DNA from: Candidatus Woesearchaeota archaeon
GTDB lineage: Archaea > Nanobdellota > Nanobdellia > Woesearchaeales > UBA11576
Assembly (NCBI GenBank): GCA_013203345.1
Contig: JABMQF010000062.1
Location: forward strand, 2,490 to 66,489
Reading direction: 5' to 3'
DNA: 64,000 nt
The position numbers and the translations under genes were made by a program. The notes beneath the pieces are model-generated. The model was not told the origin of the DNA. It worked only from the letters and a program-made list of their open reading frames with translations, and searched no databases. Below, in pieces: positions 27,604 to 37,137 of the stretch; position 1 is the first letter of the stretch; each line of letters starts with the position of its first letter.

Positions 27604-28363
27604 CTATCTCCTTGAGAAAAAAATCAACATCTGAAAGATATGCATCATACTCCCTGCCAGATATCTCAAAGACTTCCCTATGCATTATTCTCTTAGCAGT
27701 GTCGTGAATATTTTCTACTATCTTCGCGCACCTGCTGTGAACAAGATTGCGACGCACAAGTTCATCCTTGACAATTTTGGCAAGATCATTAGGAGAAGGA
27801 GGAGTCATGCCTGCCACCATAACAGCAGCATGAGCAGCGTCAGTCACAGCCCAGTAAAGATCTATCACTGCCCTACCCACATTCTGATTAGCAGTCTTCA
27901 TAGAACGATCTGCCTTGAGGAAATAGATATTCACACTCTCTTTTGAAGGTCTCACCTTGCCCTTGACAAGAAGATCCTGAAGAGGAAGGAAGAAACCGTT
28001 ATCATGTATAGAATATGAATTCCTAAAAACATCCATAATTTTATCGTCTCGATTCTTAAAAGACTTCCAAACATCAGACGCTATCATGGAATCGCTCTGC
28101 ACAGAAAGACTGTTGTCATAAGCAATGCCTGCTGCAAAGATTTTCACTTCAGCTGCCTGCTGAGCAAAAACAACATTATTGAAATCATCAATTATGAACA
28201 TCATCTCCAGTTTATCACCATCTGGCCTATGCACTAGGATAGACGCCAAAATATCTTTATGCTTCTCGAGCACAGCATCAGCGACCTTGCCTGCATCAGC
28301 AAATCTACTACCACTAAATTTATCTGTGTTATGCTTCTTTATTGACTTAAGATCTGATTCCAT
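27569..28363 (-). CDS. KNTase-like paralog (degenerate NTase motif + HEPN-like domain)
   Basis: C-terminal DLYWAVTDAAHAAVMVAGMTP aligns with the 24676-25512 protein. N-terminal FSGSRF...RPDGDKLEMMFIIDD is only loosely NTase-like. Overlaps the start of 25552-27603 by 35 nt. Confidence 0.5.
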   Translation of the reverse strand: MESDLKSIKKHNTDKFSGSRFADAGKVADAVLEKHKDILASILVHRPDGDKLEMMFIIDDFNNVVFAQQAAEVKIFAAGIAYDNSLSVQSDSMIASDVWKSFKNRDDKIMDVFRNSYSIHDNGFFLPLQDLLVKGKVRPSKESVNIYFLKADRSMKTANQNVGRAVIDLYWAVTDAAHAAVMVAGMTPPSPNDLAKIVKDELVRRNLVHSRCAKIVENIHDTAKRIMHREVFEISGREYDAYLSDVDFFLKEIDAFVRKHAGGM

Positions 28364-28371
28364 TTTAGCAC

Positions 28372-28917
28372 CTACGGGTGATCATCAAACATATCATGCT
28401 TATACCCTACTGATCTTAACAGACGCATCGAATGCACCACATTTTCAACAAGCTCTTCTGATGGTGAAGAGTATAGCTCCTTGTTGGGTGTCTCCTTCAT
28501 CTGCTCCTGAACATTATTATAAAGTTCTTTGGTCTGGTCATAAACTTCCTGAAATGTCTTATCAGGCGGGGCTGTTCCCTGAACATACCAGTTCTGTATC
28601 TCATCTATAGTTCCTTTAGGCAGGACCTCCTGAATCATCCTTGCATAATCTGTCCCGCCATCCTGTTTTATCTTAATATCCTCTTCCAGATTTTCTGTCT
28701 GTTCAAAAAGCTTGTCTATATCAACATCTTCATCAGGAATATCTATCTCCTGCAACATCTCATCCAGCTTTATCTCGTCAATAGACTGCTCTTTGACTTT
28801 CTTCTCTTCAATCTCCTGCTGCTTTCTTTTCTTCTCAACCTCCTTTAGCCTGTCAAGTCTCTCTTTTGGAGGAAGCCTTCGAATCTGTTCAATCGTAAGA
28901 TCCTTAACCATCACCAC
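28372..28917 (-). CDS. acidic hypothetical protein (181 aa)
   Basis: ORF track. E/D/K-rich. 7-nt overlap with the upstream gene. Confidence 0.5.
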   Translation of the reverse strand: MVMVKDLTIEQIRRLPPKERLDRLKEVEKKRKQQEIEEKKVKEQSIDEIKLDEMLQEIDIPDEDVDIDKLFEQTENLEEDIKIKQDGGTDYARMIQEVLPKGTIDEIQNWYVQGTAPPDKTFQEVYDQTKELYNNVQEQMKETPNKELYSSPSEELVENVVHSMRLLRSVGYKHDMFDDHP

Positions 28918-30380
28918 GTCACCATTCTATGAGCCTTCTTGAAATTCTTGTACGTGTTCCATAATGGAGGTCGCATAGCACCTATAGCCGCACTCTTGTT
29001 TTTATTAGCCTGCCACTCAGGAATCTCTGCTTTGGATTTCTTCTCCCTTTGAGGTACCATCGCGCCGAATATCTCTTTGAATCCTCCAAGCACAGCGATG
29101 AAAGGCTCAGCTGCACCCATCATATTCTGATGTCGCTTTTTCTCTGCGGCCTGTTTCTCCTCTTTTTCCTTCTCTTCATCCTCAGGGAATTTCTCACCTG
29201 CCTCTTTCAAGTATTTACGAAGGTCATCCCCAAGAGAATCCAAAGACTCCTTCAGGGAAGAATCTATTTCACCGATCATATCCATAGTCTCATCTTTTCT
29301 CATCTGAATATACTTTTCAAGTTCCTTGTCTGTCCAGGCGTAACCTCTCAGAGTGAACTCAGACCTGCCTACGTGAACAGGACCCTTGTGCTGATATCCG
29401 TCCTGATGGAAGTCCATGTGCGGCTGTGTCCTGAACAAAAGCTGAAGAGCCACAACCGCGTGATGTGTCTTATTGATCTTATTTGTGCAGAGTATCTCTA
29501 TCTCTGTGAAGCTACCCTCAAAAGCACCGATAAGATCCTCACTCTCAGACCTTGCAAAGTTCTGCTGAAGTCTCTTGACATTTCTAAGGTAAGGCTTGAC
29601 CCAGTTTATGTAAAGCTGTATAGAATTATAATGCTGACGCAAATATTTTATTGTGAAATTCTTTCTGTTGGCCAGCTCCGTTGTTGTGTACTCTTTCCAA
29701 ACACAGTACGCCTGGAGCTTCCTTTTCAGAACGCCTTTCACCTTATCATTGAACTTAAGATCGTTAACATATTTGTCGACTTCATCTTTAGTCATAGGAG
29801 GTGCTGCGAAGAACAGATCAGGAAGTGTTGTGTATCCAAGAGTTGTGGCAAGACCATATACAGATCCAGGGGCTTTTACACCTCCATCCTTGAGATCAAC
29901 CCAATACCCTCTCAACACTATCTCAGCAGAAACACTTCTCCGCCGTTCAAGCACGTTTTTTGCATCCTTGATTGCCTTGTTGCTCTCATGATACATATTG
30001 AGTCTTTCATCAAGTATCCTTATCTCACGCACCAACTGGAAAAGATCCTTTACCATCTTGGCTATTGTAGCAAGGTAGTTTGATACCTGTCCCTGCTGAA
30101 GCTGAAGCCTCTGCTGAGAAGCACCCCAAAACGCAGACTGCTCAGAAGCAGAGAATATATCCGTGACCTTGTATACAGTATGCAGTCCAAAATCATCACG
30201 CAGGCTCGACAAAAGCCAAAAATAAACCTCTTCAACAGACTGATTAAAAGACTGATAGACAAGCTTGAGACGATTCTCTGGCTTAGGCATGTTGAGGATC
30301 TTTACTGGAGGCTTACCCCTAGTCTTCTCCTCATAATCATAATCCTTAAATCCGTATTTCTTATCTTTGCAGTCAATCAT
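28911..30380 (-). CDS. hypothetical protein (489 aa)
   Basis: Normal amino-acid composition versus the Leu/Phe/Cys-rich antisense ORF 29049-30083, which is rejected. No motif recognised. Confidence 0.55.
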   Translation of the reverse strand: MIDCKDKKYGFKDYDYEEKTRGKPPVKILNMPKPENRLKLVYQSFNQSVEEVYFWLLSSLRDDFGLHTVYKVTDIFSASEQSAFWGASQQRLQLQQGQVSNYLATIAKMVKDLFQLVREIRILDERLNMYHESNKAIKDAKNVLERRRSVSAEIVLRGYWVDLKDGGVKAPGSVYGLATTLGYTTLPDLFFAAPPMTKDEVDKYVNDLKFNDKVKGVLKRKLQAYCVWKEYTTTELANRKNFTIKYLRQHYNSIQLYINWVKPYLRNVKRLQQNFARSESEDLIGAFEGSFTEIEILCTNKINKTHHAVVALQLLFRTQPHMDFHQDGYQHKGPVHVGRSEFTLRGYAWTDKELEKYIQMRKDETMDMIGEIDSSLKESLDSLGDDLRKYLKEAGEKFPEDEEKEKEEKQAAEKKRHQNMMGAAEPFIAVLGGFKEIFGAMVPQREKKSKAEIPEWQANKNKSAAIGAMRPPLWNTYKNFKKAHRMVTW

Positions 30381-30470
30381 TTTTATGTCTCAACCAATAA
30401 TATTATGCCCATATATGTTTATAAACATTATGGTGCTGATTCTGATGAAAACGTGACATATCTGCCCGGT

Positions 30471-30749
30471 TTATCGTTTATACAACACGACGACAAAACC
30501 TACCTGCTCAACAATCTCTGAATCAGTACTATTCGCAAGGTCCTTTGCAGCAGCCTTTTTGTCGTTAGAGTCTAAAAAAGACCTCAAAAACTTTATCTTC
30601 ACGATCTTTCTCTTTGTGACGAGCTTCTTTATCTGTGCCACAACCGATTCTGTCAAGCCATTCTTACCAATCCGGACAAGAGGCTCCAATGCATTTGCCT
30701 TCTGCTTCAACTTTTTTATTTCATCCTTTGTCAATACCATATAAAACAA
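30471..30749 (-). CDS. yhbY: YhbY/CRM-domain RNA-binding protein
   Basis: LTKDEIKKLKQKANALEPLVRIGKNGLTESVVAQIKKLVTKRKIVKIKF matches the CRS1/YhbY signature (IGKNGLTE). Confidence 0.7.
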   Translation of the reverse strand: MFYMVLTKDEIKKLKQKANALEPLVRIGKNGLTESVVAQIKKLVTKRKIVKIKFLRSFLDSNDKKAAAKDLANSTDSEIVEQVGFVVVLYKR

Positions 30750-30758
30750 TCCTCCTGA

Positions 30759-30796
30759 TAATATCTAACAACATATCTAACAACATATCTAATAAC
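30759..30796. repeat. 3 x tandem 12-bp direct repeat ATATCTAACAAC
   Basis: atatctaacaac atatctaacaac atatctaataac, immediately upstream of the yhbY start on the minus strand and overlapping the Kef stop. Confidence 0.6.
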
Positions 30797-32480
30797 CCAA
30801 ATGTGTAGGGTGTTCATGTCCCTGATCACGCCGGGCTACAAGATCGTTGATGTGCCTGTACTTATGCATAAGCATCTGAAGCTGATTTTCCTCAAAGTCA
30901 GGTATCAGCTGCGACACCATCTCACCTCCAAGGAAATGAGGCAATATAACATACTCTGCCCCGCATTTGTAAAGCTCAAGAGCCTCCTCTATCTTATGTG
31001 CAGTCACAAGAGTGACTATATGCGAATTCGCAGCCTTCACTTTCTGCAATAACAACAGGTTATCCTTAAAATCATTTGCTGTTGAAATCAAAAGCCGCGT
31101 GTTCTCAAGGTCAAGTCGAGACATAATCTCAGGATCACAAACATCACCATATATGCATTGCACACCCATAGCACGAAGTTTCCTGATGATATCAGGATTG
31201 AAATCAACAACCATCACATTCCTTTTCTTGGCCATAAGAGACTTAAGCACACTATACCCTATGCGATCATAACCGCAAAGTATTGCATCATAAGATCCGG
31301 TCACACACCGAATTTTGGACCTGGACACATCGACCCTGAAACGACTTAAAAGGGATGTAAAACTTCTGTACATGCGACTCTCAAAACTCATAAAGTATGA
31401 TGTGAAACTCATGCTAAATACAGCAAGCAGCAAAGTAAGAGTCAGTATGCTTGTAGGCACAACACCTGCAGCAACCCCTCCGAGCACGATTATCAACGAG
31501 AACTCAGATACCTGAGCAAGGGATGCGGCTGTTATAAAACTTGTCCTTGGCTTAAGCTTCATTGCAAGAAGTACCAGCATAATGATTACAGGCTTCAACA
31601 TAACAACAAGCACGAGCAGTACAATCAAAGGCAGTATCAATGACCCGACACCTTCAAATGTCAACTGAAGACCTAGTGATGTAAAAAAAAGTATTGAAAA
31701 GAAATCCCTTAAAGGCCTCACCTTGCCAGCAATCTCTATACTGTAAGGAAGGTTTGCGAGAAGCACTCCTGCAAAAAACGCACCTATTGTTATCGACAAA
31801 CCCAGGGAATAGAATAGAAGTGCGAAAAGGAAACATACGCTCAACGCCATGCTGAGTATCAACTCCCTGGAACGGGCAGCAAAATGGAAAATCTGTGGAA
31901 AAACATACTTGCTGAGAAGTATGCCTGAACCGACGATGATAGCAAGCTTAAGCATGATTGAATAGCCGAAAGATACGCTCGATACAGATGTCAAATAAGA
32001 TAATGCGCTTATCGCAAGGATGTCCTGCACCACTAAGATGCCAATAGCAAGCCTACCATGAAGCGTATCAGTCTCTGCATTGTCTGAAAGTATCTTTATC
32101 ACAATCATTGTGCTGCTGAACGCAAGCACTATGCCTATGTAGACTGCTTCAATACTCTGGAATCCGAGAAGTAATGAAACAAAATAACCAACTATGAATA
32201 CTGCGGCAACCTGAAGTGTTCCTGCAAGAAGAGATACAATACCCATATCTTTGATCTTGCGGAATTCCATCTCAAGTCCGACCATGAATAAAAGGAATGC
32301 TATACCCATCTCACTAAGATTAGATATCAACTCGTGGTTTGTCACAAGACTGAATACATTTCCTATAATTATACCAGAAACTATGTAAGCAGGTATCAGC
32401 GGCTGTCTCAGAAGTTTCGCAAGATAGGATCCAATTCCGGCAAAGATGACCAACATACCTATCTCAAAAAATATGTCCAT
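30789..32480 (-). CDS. CPA2-family monovalent cation:proton antiporter with C-terminal RCK/TrkA-N domain (Kef-type)
   Basis: About 12-13 TM helices in the N-terminal 380 aa. C-terminal Rossmann-like NVMVVDFNPDIIRKLRAMGVQCIYGDVCDPEIM (TrkA-N). Confidence 0.85.
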   Translation of the reverse strand: MDIFFEIGMLVIFAGIGSYLAKLLRQPLIPAYIVSGIIIGNVFSLVTNHELISNLSEMGIAFLLFMVGLEMEFRKIKDMGIVSLLAGTLQVAAVFIVGYFVSLLLGFQSIEAVYIGIVLAFSSTMIVIKILSDNAETDTLHGRLAIGILVVQDILAISALSYLTSVSSVSFGYSIMLKLAIIVGSGILLSKYVFPQIFHFAARSRELILSMALSVCFLFALLFYSLGLSITIGAFFAGVLLANLPYSIEIAGKVRPLRDFFSILFFTSLGLQLTFEGVGSLILPLIVLLVLVVMLKPVIIMLVLLAMKLKPRTSFITAASLAQVSEFSLIIVLGGVAAGVVPTSILTLTLLLAVFSMSFTSYFMSFESRMYRSFTSLLSRFRVDVSRSKIRCVTGSYDAILCGYDRIGYSVLKSLMAKKRNVMVVDFNPDIIRKLRAMGVQCIYGDVCDPEIMSRLDLENTRLLISTANDFKDNLLLLQKVKAANSHIVTLVTAHKIEEALELYKCGAEYVILPHFLGGEMVSQLIPDFEENQLQMLMHKYRHINDLVARRDQGHEHPTHLGY

Positions 32481-32483
32481 ATC

Positions 32484-32639
32484 AAATCACCTTCCTGCTG
32501 GCTGCCAGCTTCAGAACAATGTTACCACTATCGTCCAACTCAATCTTTATTTCAGAACCTTTTTCCCAGCCTTTGGCATCAACCAGCGCTTTAGGTAGCG
32601 TTATCTTGTACTGCTTGTTGTTGTCAAACTGCAACTTTA
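32484..32639 (-). CDS. unannotated small AbrB/SpoVT (swapped-hairpin)-like ORF, ~52 aa, GTG/TTG start
   Basis: Own translation of the minus strand: VKLQFDNNKQYKITLPKALVDAKGWEKGSEIKIELDDSGNIVLKLAASRKVI*. The stop TGA (32481-32483) abuts the Kef start codon (32478-32480). It resembles AbrB/MazE domains (xItIPkelreklglkeGdeveve.ddg.ivlkp). There is no ATG in frame, only GTG at 32637-32639 or TTG at 32631-32633. Confidence 0.4.
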
Positions 32640-33173
32640 CCACTGGTATCACTTCTGGAAGGAAGACATATTGAGGCAGCGCATGTTCAAAGCATCATTG
32701 CGCCATTTGAAGGATTTCAATATTCACGGAGGTGTCAGCGCACCAAGTCAAGTCAGTGTTATTAGCAGCGCCGCCTCGTATATGTCCAACCTCTTTTTCC
32801 CTTACTGAACTAGGTTATTGATGGGCTAGGCCCACTTAAATATGTATAATTTTAGGCATTTATTTATGCTTTATTTAATGTATTAAGATATGCTTAGAAA
32901 TATACATACTACTATTTAAATGTTCTGATTAATTGCTCCACATAGGCTGAAAGCGTGAGAAAGCCGCAAAAGCCCTTTTCAGCGAATCTGGACTGGTTGT
33001 TTTCTGTTTTTAGTGCAAAAAACTCGTGCAGTTCATACAAAACACTTTATAAAATCAGTTTCTATTATATTTTAGTAAAAATACTGTGAGGAATATTTAT
33101 ATTACATGTCTGCCTAATAGGTGTAGAAAGAGATGAGCAAAAAATCGGTCTTCAAAATTTCGAGGCAAACAAA

Positions 33174-34529
33174 ATGGAACAAGAATACAACCAAAACAAA
33201 TCAAACATCTCAAAGACACATAGTGATAGCAGACTTGAGAAAGCCTTGGAAATCACGATGAATGTCGGCACAGGAAATAAAGATATACACCCACTTTACG
33301 ATCAACTCAGTGAGCAGTCAAGTATAGTTGACAGCAACCAGACAATAAAAGAGAATTATGTGTTAGGTATACCCCTTCACAATACCCACCTGGATGGGTC
33401 GATTGAAATCCTGTATAAGACAAAGCACAACTGTGATACTGAACCTCTTAAAGAGCAGAAAGGAGGACAGAGCAGGAGCTATATTGCGTCCCAGAAATAC
33501 ATCGATGATGAAGGAAACGATAATTACCAGAATATATTTGTCAAACTTATCCTACCACACTCTGATGAAGAAGGTACAAGGGAGTGCGAGATACACAGCG
33601 ACCTATCAAGCAAGACCAACGCAGTCCCGAAGTTCAGGCATAGAGACCGTATAAAAATAGATAACGGCAGGCACATGTACGCCTTATGTATGGAGAATGT
33701 AGAGGGAAAAGAGTTGTCAGATTATATCCACGACGACAACACATCTGAAAGAGATAAACTATACCTAATCGCAAAAACCGCAAGAGCTGTCGGGGAGATC
33801 CACAACGCAGGATATGTGCACTGGGACCTTAAGAACAGCAATGTCAGAGTAACAGAAGATATGGATGTCAAGGTAATTGACTTCGGCCTTTCAAAGAAGA
33901 TAGGAGATGACGGAAACACAGGATATATTAGCGGCACACCAGAAAACCTGACACCAGAGCATTTCACAGAAAAAAGCGATCCGCGCATGGACATAAATGC
34001 GCTGGGCGGCATGTTGATGGAACTTCTCGTAGGAAAAACACACATCCACGCGACTGCATCAGAGATACGCTACTCAACACCTGAAAGAATAAGCTCAGTA
34101 GTCCTTCCAAAAATATATGACGCAATAAAGAACGAGACATACCTGAAGAAAGATGATAATGGAAATGTTGTGCGGCTTCAGAACGAGAATCCTAAGACAG
34201 ACCTGACACTCAAAAACATGAGCCAAGACATAACAGACCTTATATCGAGATGCGTAAGGGCAGACCCTAATCTCAGGTATCAGACCTGCGACGAGGTCGC
34301 TGAAGAAGCAGAACGCATAGTCAATAAGATGGATATGCACGCAGTCCTTAGTGAACTTGCGACAATGGATCTAGCTGAGATGAAATATGATGATACAGTA
34401 AGTATAGAGGAAATCAATGGGTTCAATGACCTGGTCCTTTCATGCACAGAAGAGGGTGAGCCGCAACGAGAGATGGATTTCCAGGTCTATGTAAATAGTC
34501 AATTCTCAGAAATGAGAGAAGCATGCTAA
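33174..34529 (+). CDS. eukaryotic-like Ser/Thr protein kinase with N-terminal extension
   Basis: Catalytic loop YVHWDLKNSNVRV (HRD-type variant). DFGLSKK (DFG). TPENLTPE activation segment. Kinase core near residues 190-380. Confidence 0.8.
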   Translation: MEQEYNQNKSNISKTHSDSRLEKALEITMNVGTGNKDIHPLYDQLSEQSSIVDSNQTIKENYVLGIPLHNTHLDGSIEILYKTKHNCDTEPLKEQKGGQSRSYIASQKYIDDEGNDNYQNIFVKLILPHSDEEGTRECEIHSDLSSKTNAVPKFRHRDRIKIDNGRHMYALCMENVEGKELSDYIHDDNTSERDKLYLIAKTARAVGEIHNAGYVHWDLKNSNVRVTEDMDVKVIDFGLSKKIGDDGNTGYISGTPENLTPEHFTEKSDPRMDINALGGMLMELLVGKTHIHATASEIRYSTPERISSVVLPKIYDAIKNETYLKKDDNGNVVRLQNENPKTDLTLKNMSQDITDLISRCVRADPNLRYQTCDEVAEEAERIVNKMDMHAVLSELATMDLAEMKYDDTVSIEEINGFNDLVLSCTEEGEPQREMDFQVYVNSQFSEMREAC

Positions 34530-34828
34530 TTACGTTTCAAATTTTTAATAACAGTACCCACATCTCTTATGCTACCCCCTTTGATTACCAGGACACCGCA
34601 AGCTATCAACAACAGACCCTGGAGGATTGGAAGAAAAAGACCTACTACACCCATCATGATCAGAATGATACCAAGAGACATTTGCACCGCTTTTTTCATG
34701 AAAGAGTATAAAGAGGACTTCTATTTAAAGCCCGTGGAGTTGTTATAGGTGTTTTTAACCACTAAACAGTAATTACTAACCGAAACTTTTAAATAGGAAA
34801 TCATGTTTTCAACAAGATATATAATATA

Positions 34829-37081
34829 GTGAAAAAAAAGAGTTCTACGATAATTGAAGAAATACAAGGTAGAAAAATGAAAAATAAACAAGTTAACCGG
34901 ACACTTGAACGCATCGCAAGACATAACTCGCTGAAAAACAGAATAACTAAAGGTCTGACCAAAGCGACAATCATAGGATTCGGATTAGCAGGAATCAACT
35001 CATGCGCAACAGATAAAGAATCAAGAGACGCAGGAGAAGATGCACAATACAGCGATACAAGCTATGATGCAACAATACCTGGAATAGATGCTGAATCTCA
35101 CCAAGAGGTTGACGCAGACAGTCCAACAGATAATACCATACAATTTTCTGGAATTGACATCGAAGGCAGTGTAGAATCACCAACCGACGATCCTGATCTA
35201 TGCATACTAATCACAGAGAACTACAAAAACAAACCTGGCGCTGATACAGGATACAGAAATCAAGCATCCGCTGAACAAGGACTAGACAGGACTGTCGAGC
35301 TTGCACAGCAATACAGTTTTGCAAACATAACTACTACAGGAATGACATCACTTGACGGCAGAGGCTGGAGAAACCGACAACTACAGGAAAGAAGAGGAAA
35401 CAGTGCAGCGAGTGAAGTGACAACAAGACTGGCAACCGCAAACTACGAAGCACAAGTCACTGTCAATCAAGGCGGATCAACAACTGCAAGAGGTGCCCCT
35501 GCAAGAAACAGATTTGGACTTGTAATCGCAGGAGATAATTCTTTCACTTATGATAATAGCAACAGATCACATCGACAAGCGATACGTACCATTGAAGACG
35601 GAGAGGTACGATGCTTTGATATTGATGAAAGTAATCTGATTCCATACGGTGAGCAGGCAACAGTTACAACAAACATCACACCATCTGCAGGATCGCAAAG
35701 AGCACGAGCAGAGCCGAGAACACCAAGAACGCAGAGACAAGCAAGAACTGTCAGAAGGACACATGAACCTACAGAAGAAACAAACACTGCAGAAGAAACA
35801 TACACTGCGCCGACAACACCAACAACACCGCAACGCGAGCAACTCAGCCCTGAACTTGAACGGGTAAGAGGAACACCTATCGTCACCGACGCAATGATTG
35901 AAAGGATGATGAGACAGGCGCGCGGAGACGGATTTGAAGATCCGGTTGTAGAGCCTGAACCAGAAACTCCTCGCAGGGATTACCAAGATACTCCTGCCGC
36001 ACCTACTCGTGTTGATACTGAAAGAGCTGAGCCTCAAGCAGCAGCACAGCCTGAACATGACTGGCTCTCGAAAATGCATGTACCAAGTGCGGCTGATGCT
36101 GAGAGAGAAGCAGAACAGAATCAGCGTGCAGCAGCAGCAAGAGCAGCAGCAGCAACCGCTCCTGTTACCAGGAGAAGAATGCGTGCTAAGACCCGCAACG
36201 TACTTGAATCTGAATTAAGAACCACATCCGCAAGTACATCACGAGCAACCAGAGAACTGGAAGAAGCAGAAGATCTGATGTCCTTAATTGAAAGAGAATG
36301 TGGAACAACTGGAACAGGCAACAGTCTCTGTAACAGAGATGAGTTTGCACCATACTGCAGGACTGATGAAAATGGACGTCAGACACCAATAGGGCCGCAA
36401 GTAACCAGGGATGAAGTAAACAGGGCATGCGAGCACTATGGTCAGGGATGTGAAAGGGCCAGTGACTCTCAAGCTGTCAGTACACTCTTGAATTCAATAA
36501 GTCACGAAGCATCAGATGATGCTGTTGGTAGAACAATAGTCAAGGTAAGCAGCGCATGCAATATGGCACTGATCGCAGCAGATAGGCAACAGCTCAATGA
36601 CGCCAGCGAGCAATTGCGAAGAGCAAGAGAAGAATCCTACAGTATAAGAGACAGGCTTGAAGAACTTGGAATACGTCATTCAAACCATAAAGGTGACAAG
36701 AGCTCGTTCAAGGATCTTGACAGTTTATCTCTATCTGGCAATTATACTTCAAGAGGACACAGCTATGCTGCTGTGCTGGATGAGTACACAAGAACAGATG
36801 CTGACAGGCTAAACGTCGCTGATATTGAAGGGCTTGATAAAGTACTTTTAGCTATGCCTGAGTTCAGGCGTGCGAGGTCAAGGCTTGATCATGAAGAAAG
36901 GCTTGAACGGCAAAGGTATGTAGGCATCCGATCGAGTGAGGGCGCAACAGTCAAGCAGATAGCTCAAGAAGTTTCTCACCAGTTCGATAGGGAATACAGC
37001 CAGAGCACAATCAGAAGAGATAAGAAAGAGTATCAGAACAATATCAGAAGCGAGAACACACCTCAGCAAAGGGCTGTGTAA
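34829..37081 (+). CDS. large secreted/lipoprotein-like hypothetical protein (750 aa), disordered R/T/A/E-rich
   Basis: N-terminal hydrophobic segment TIIGFGLAGINSC (lipobox-like). Long low-complexity stretches (AAAARAAAATAP). Cys-containing segment ERECGTTGTGNSLCNRDEFAPYCRTDENG. Confidence 0.55.
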   Translation: MKKKSSTIIEEIQGRKMKNKQVNRTLERIARHNSLKNRITKGLTKATIIGFGLAGINSCATDKESRDAGEDAQYSDTSYDATIPGIDAESHQEVDADSPTDNTIQFSGIDIEGSVESPTDDPDLCILITENYKNKPGADTGYRNQASAEQGLDRTVELAQQYSFANITTTGMTSLDGRGWRNRQLQERRGNSAASEVTTRLATANYEAQVTVNQGGSTTARGAPARNRFGLVIAGDNSFTYDNSNRSHRQAIRTIEDGEVRCFDIDESNLIPYGEQATVTTNITPSAGSQRARAEPRTPRTQRQARTVRRTHEPTEETNTAEETYTAPTTPTTPQREQLSPELERVRGTPIVTDAMIERMMRQARGDGFEDPVVEPEPETPRRDYQDTPAAPTRVDTERAEPQAAAQPEHDWLSKMHVPSAADAEREAEQNQRAAAARAAAATAPVTRRRMRAKTRNVLESELRTTSASTSRATRELEEAEDLMSLIERECGTTGTGNSLCNRDEFAPYCRTDENGRQTPIGPQVTRDEVNRACEHYGQGCERASDSQAVSTLLNSISHEASDDAVGRTIVKVSSACNMALIAADRQQLNDASEQLRRAREESYSIRDRLEELGIRHSNHKGDKSSFKDLDSLSLSGNYTSRGHSYAAVLDEYTRTDADRLNVADIEGLDKVLLAMPEFRRARSRLDHEERLERQRYVGIRSSEGATVKQIAQEVSHQFDREYSQSTIRRDKKEYQNNIRSENTPQQRAV

Positions 37082-37137
37082 AACATTAATTTTTTTAATT
37101 TCTTTTGATTTATTTAAAATTCATTCATCATATTTAT

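Noticed and set aside
29049-30083. 344-aa plus-strand ORF
   Set aside because: Leu/Phe/Cys-rich and antisense to the better-composed 489-aa minus-strand gene.
32700-33170. Long AT-rich intergenic region checked for tRNA/SRP/RNase P RNA
   Set aside because: No conserved RNA motifs recognisable by eye. Left unannotated apart from promoter potential.
35567-36079. 170-aa Cys/Arg/Ser-rich minus ORF
   Set aside because: Antisense to the 750-aa secreted protein gene. Composition typical of antisense artefact.
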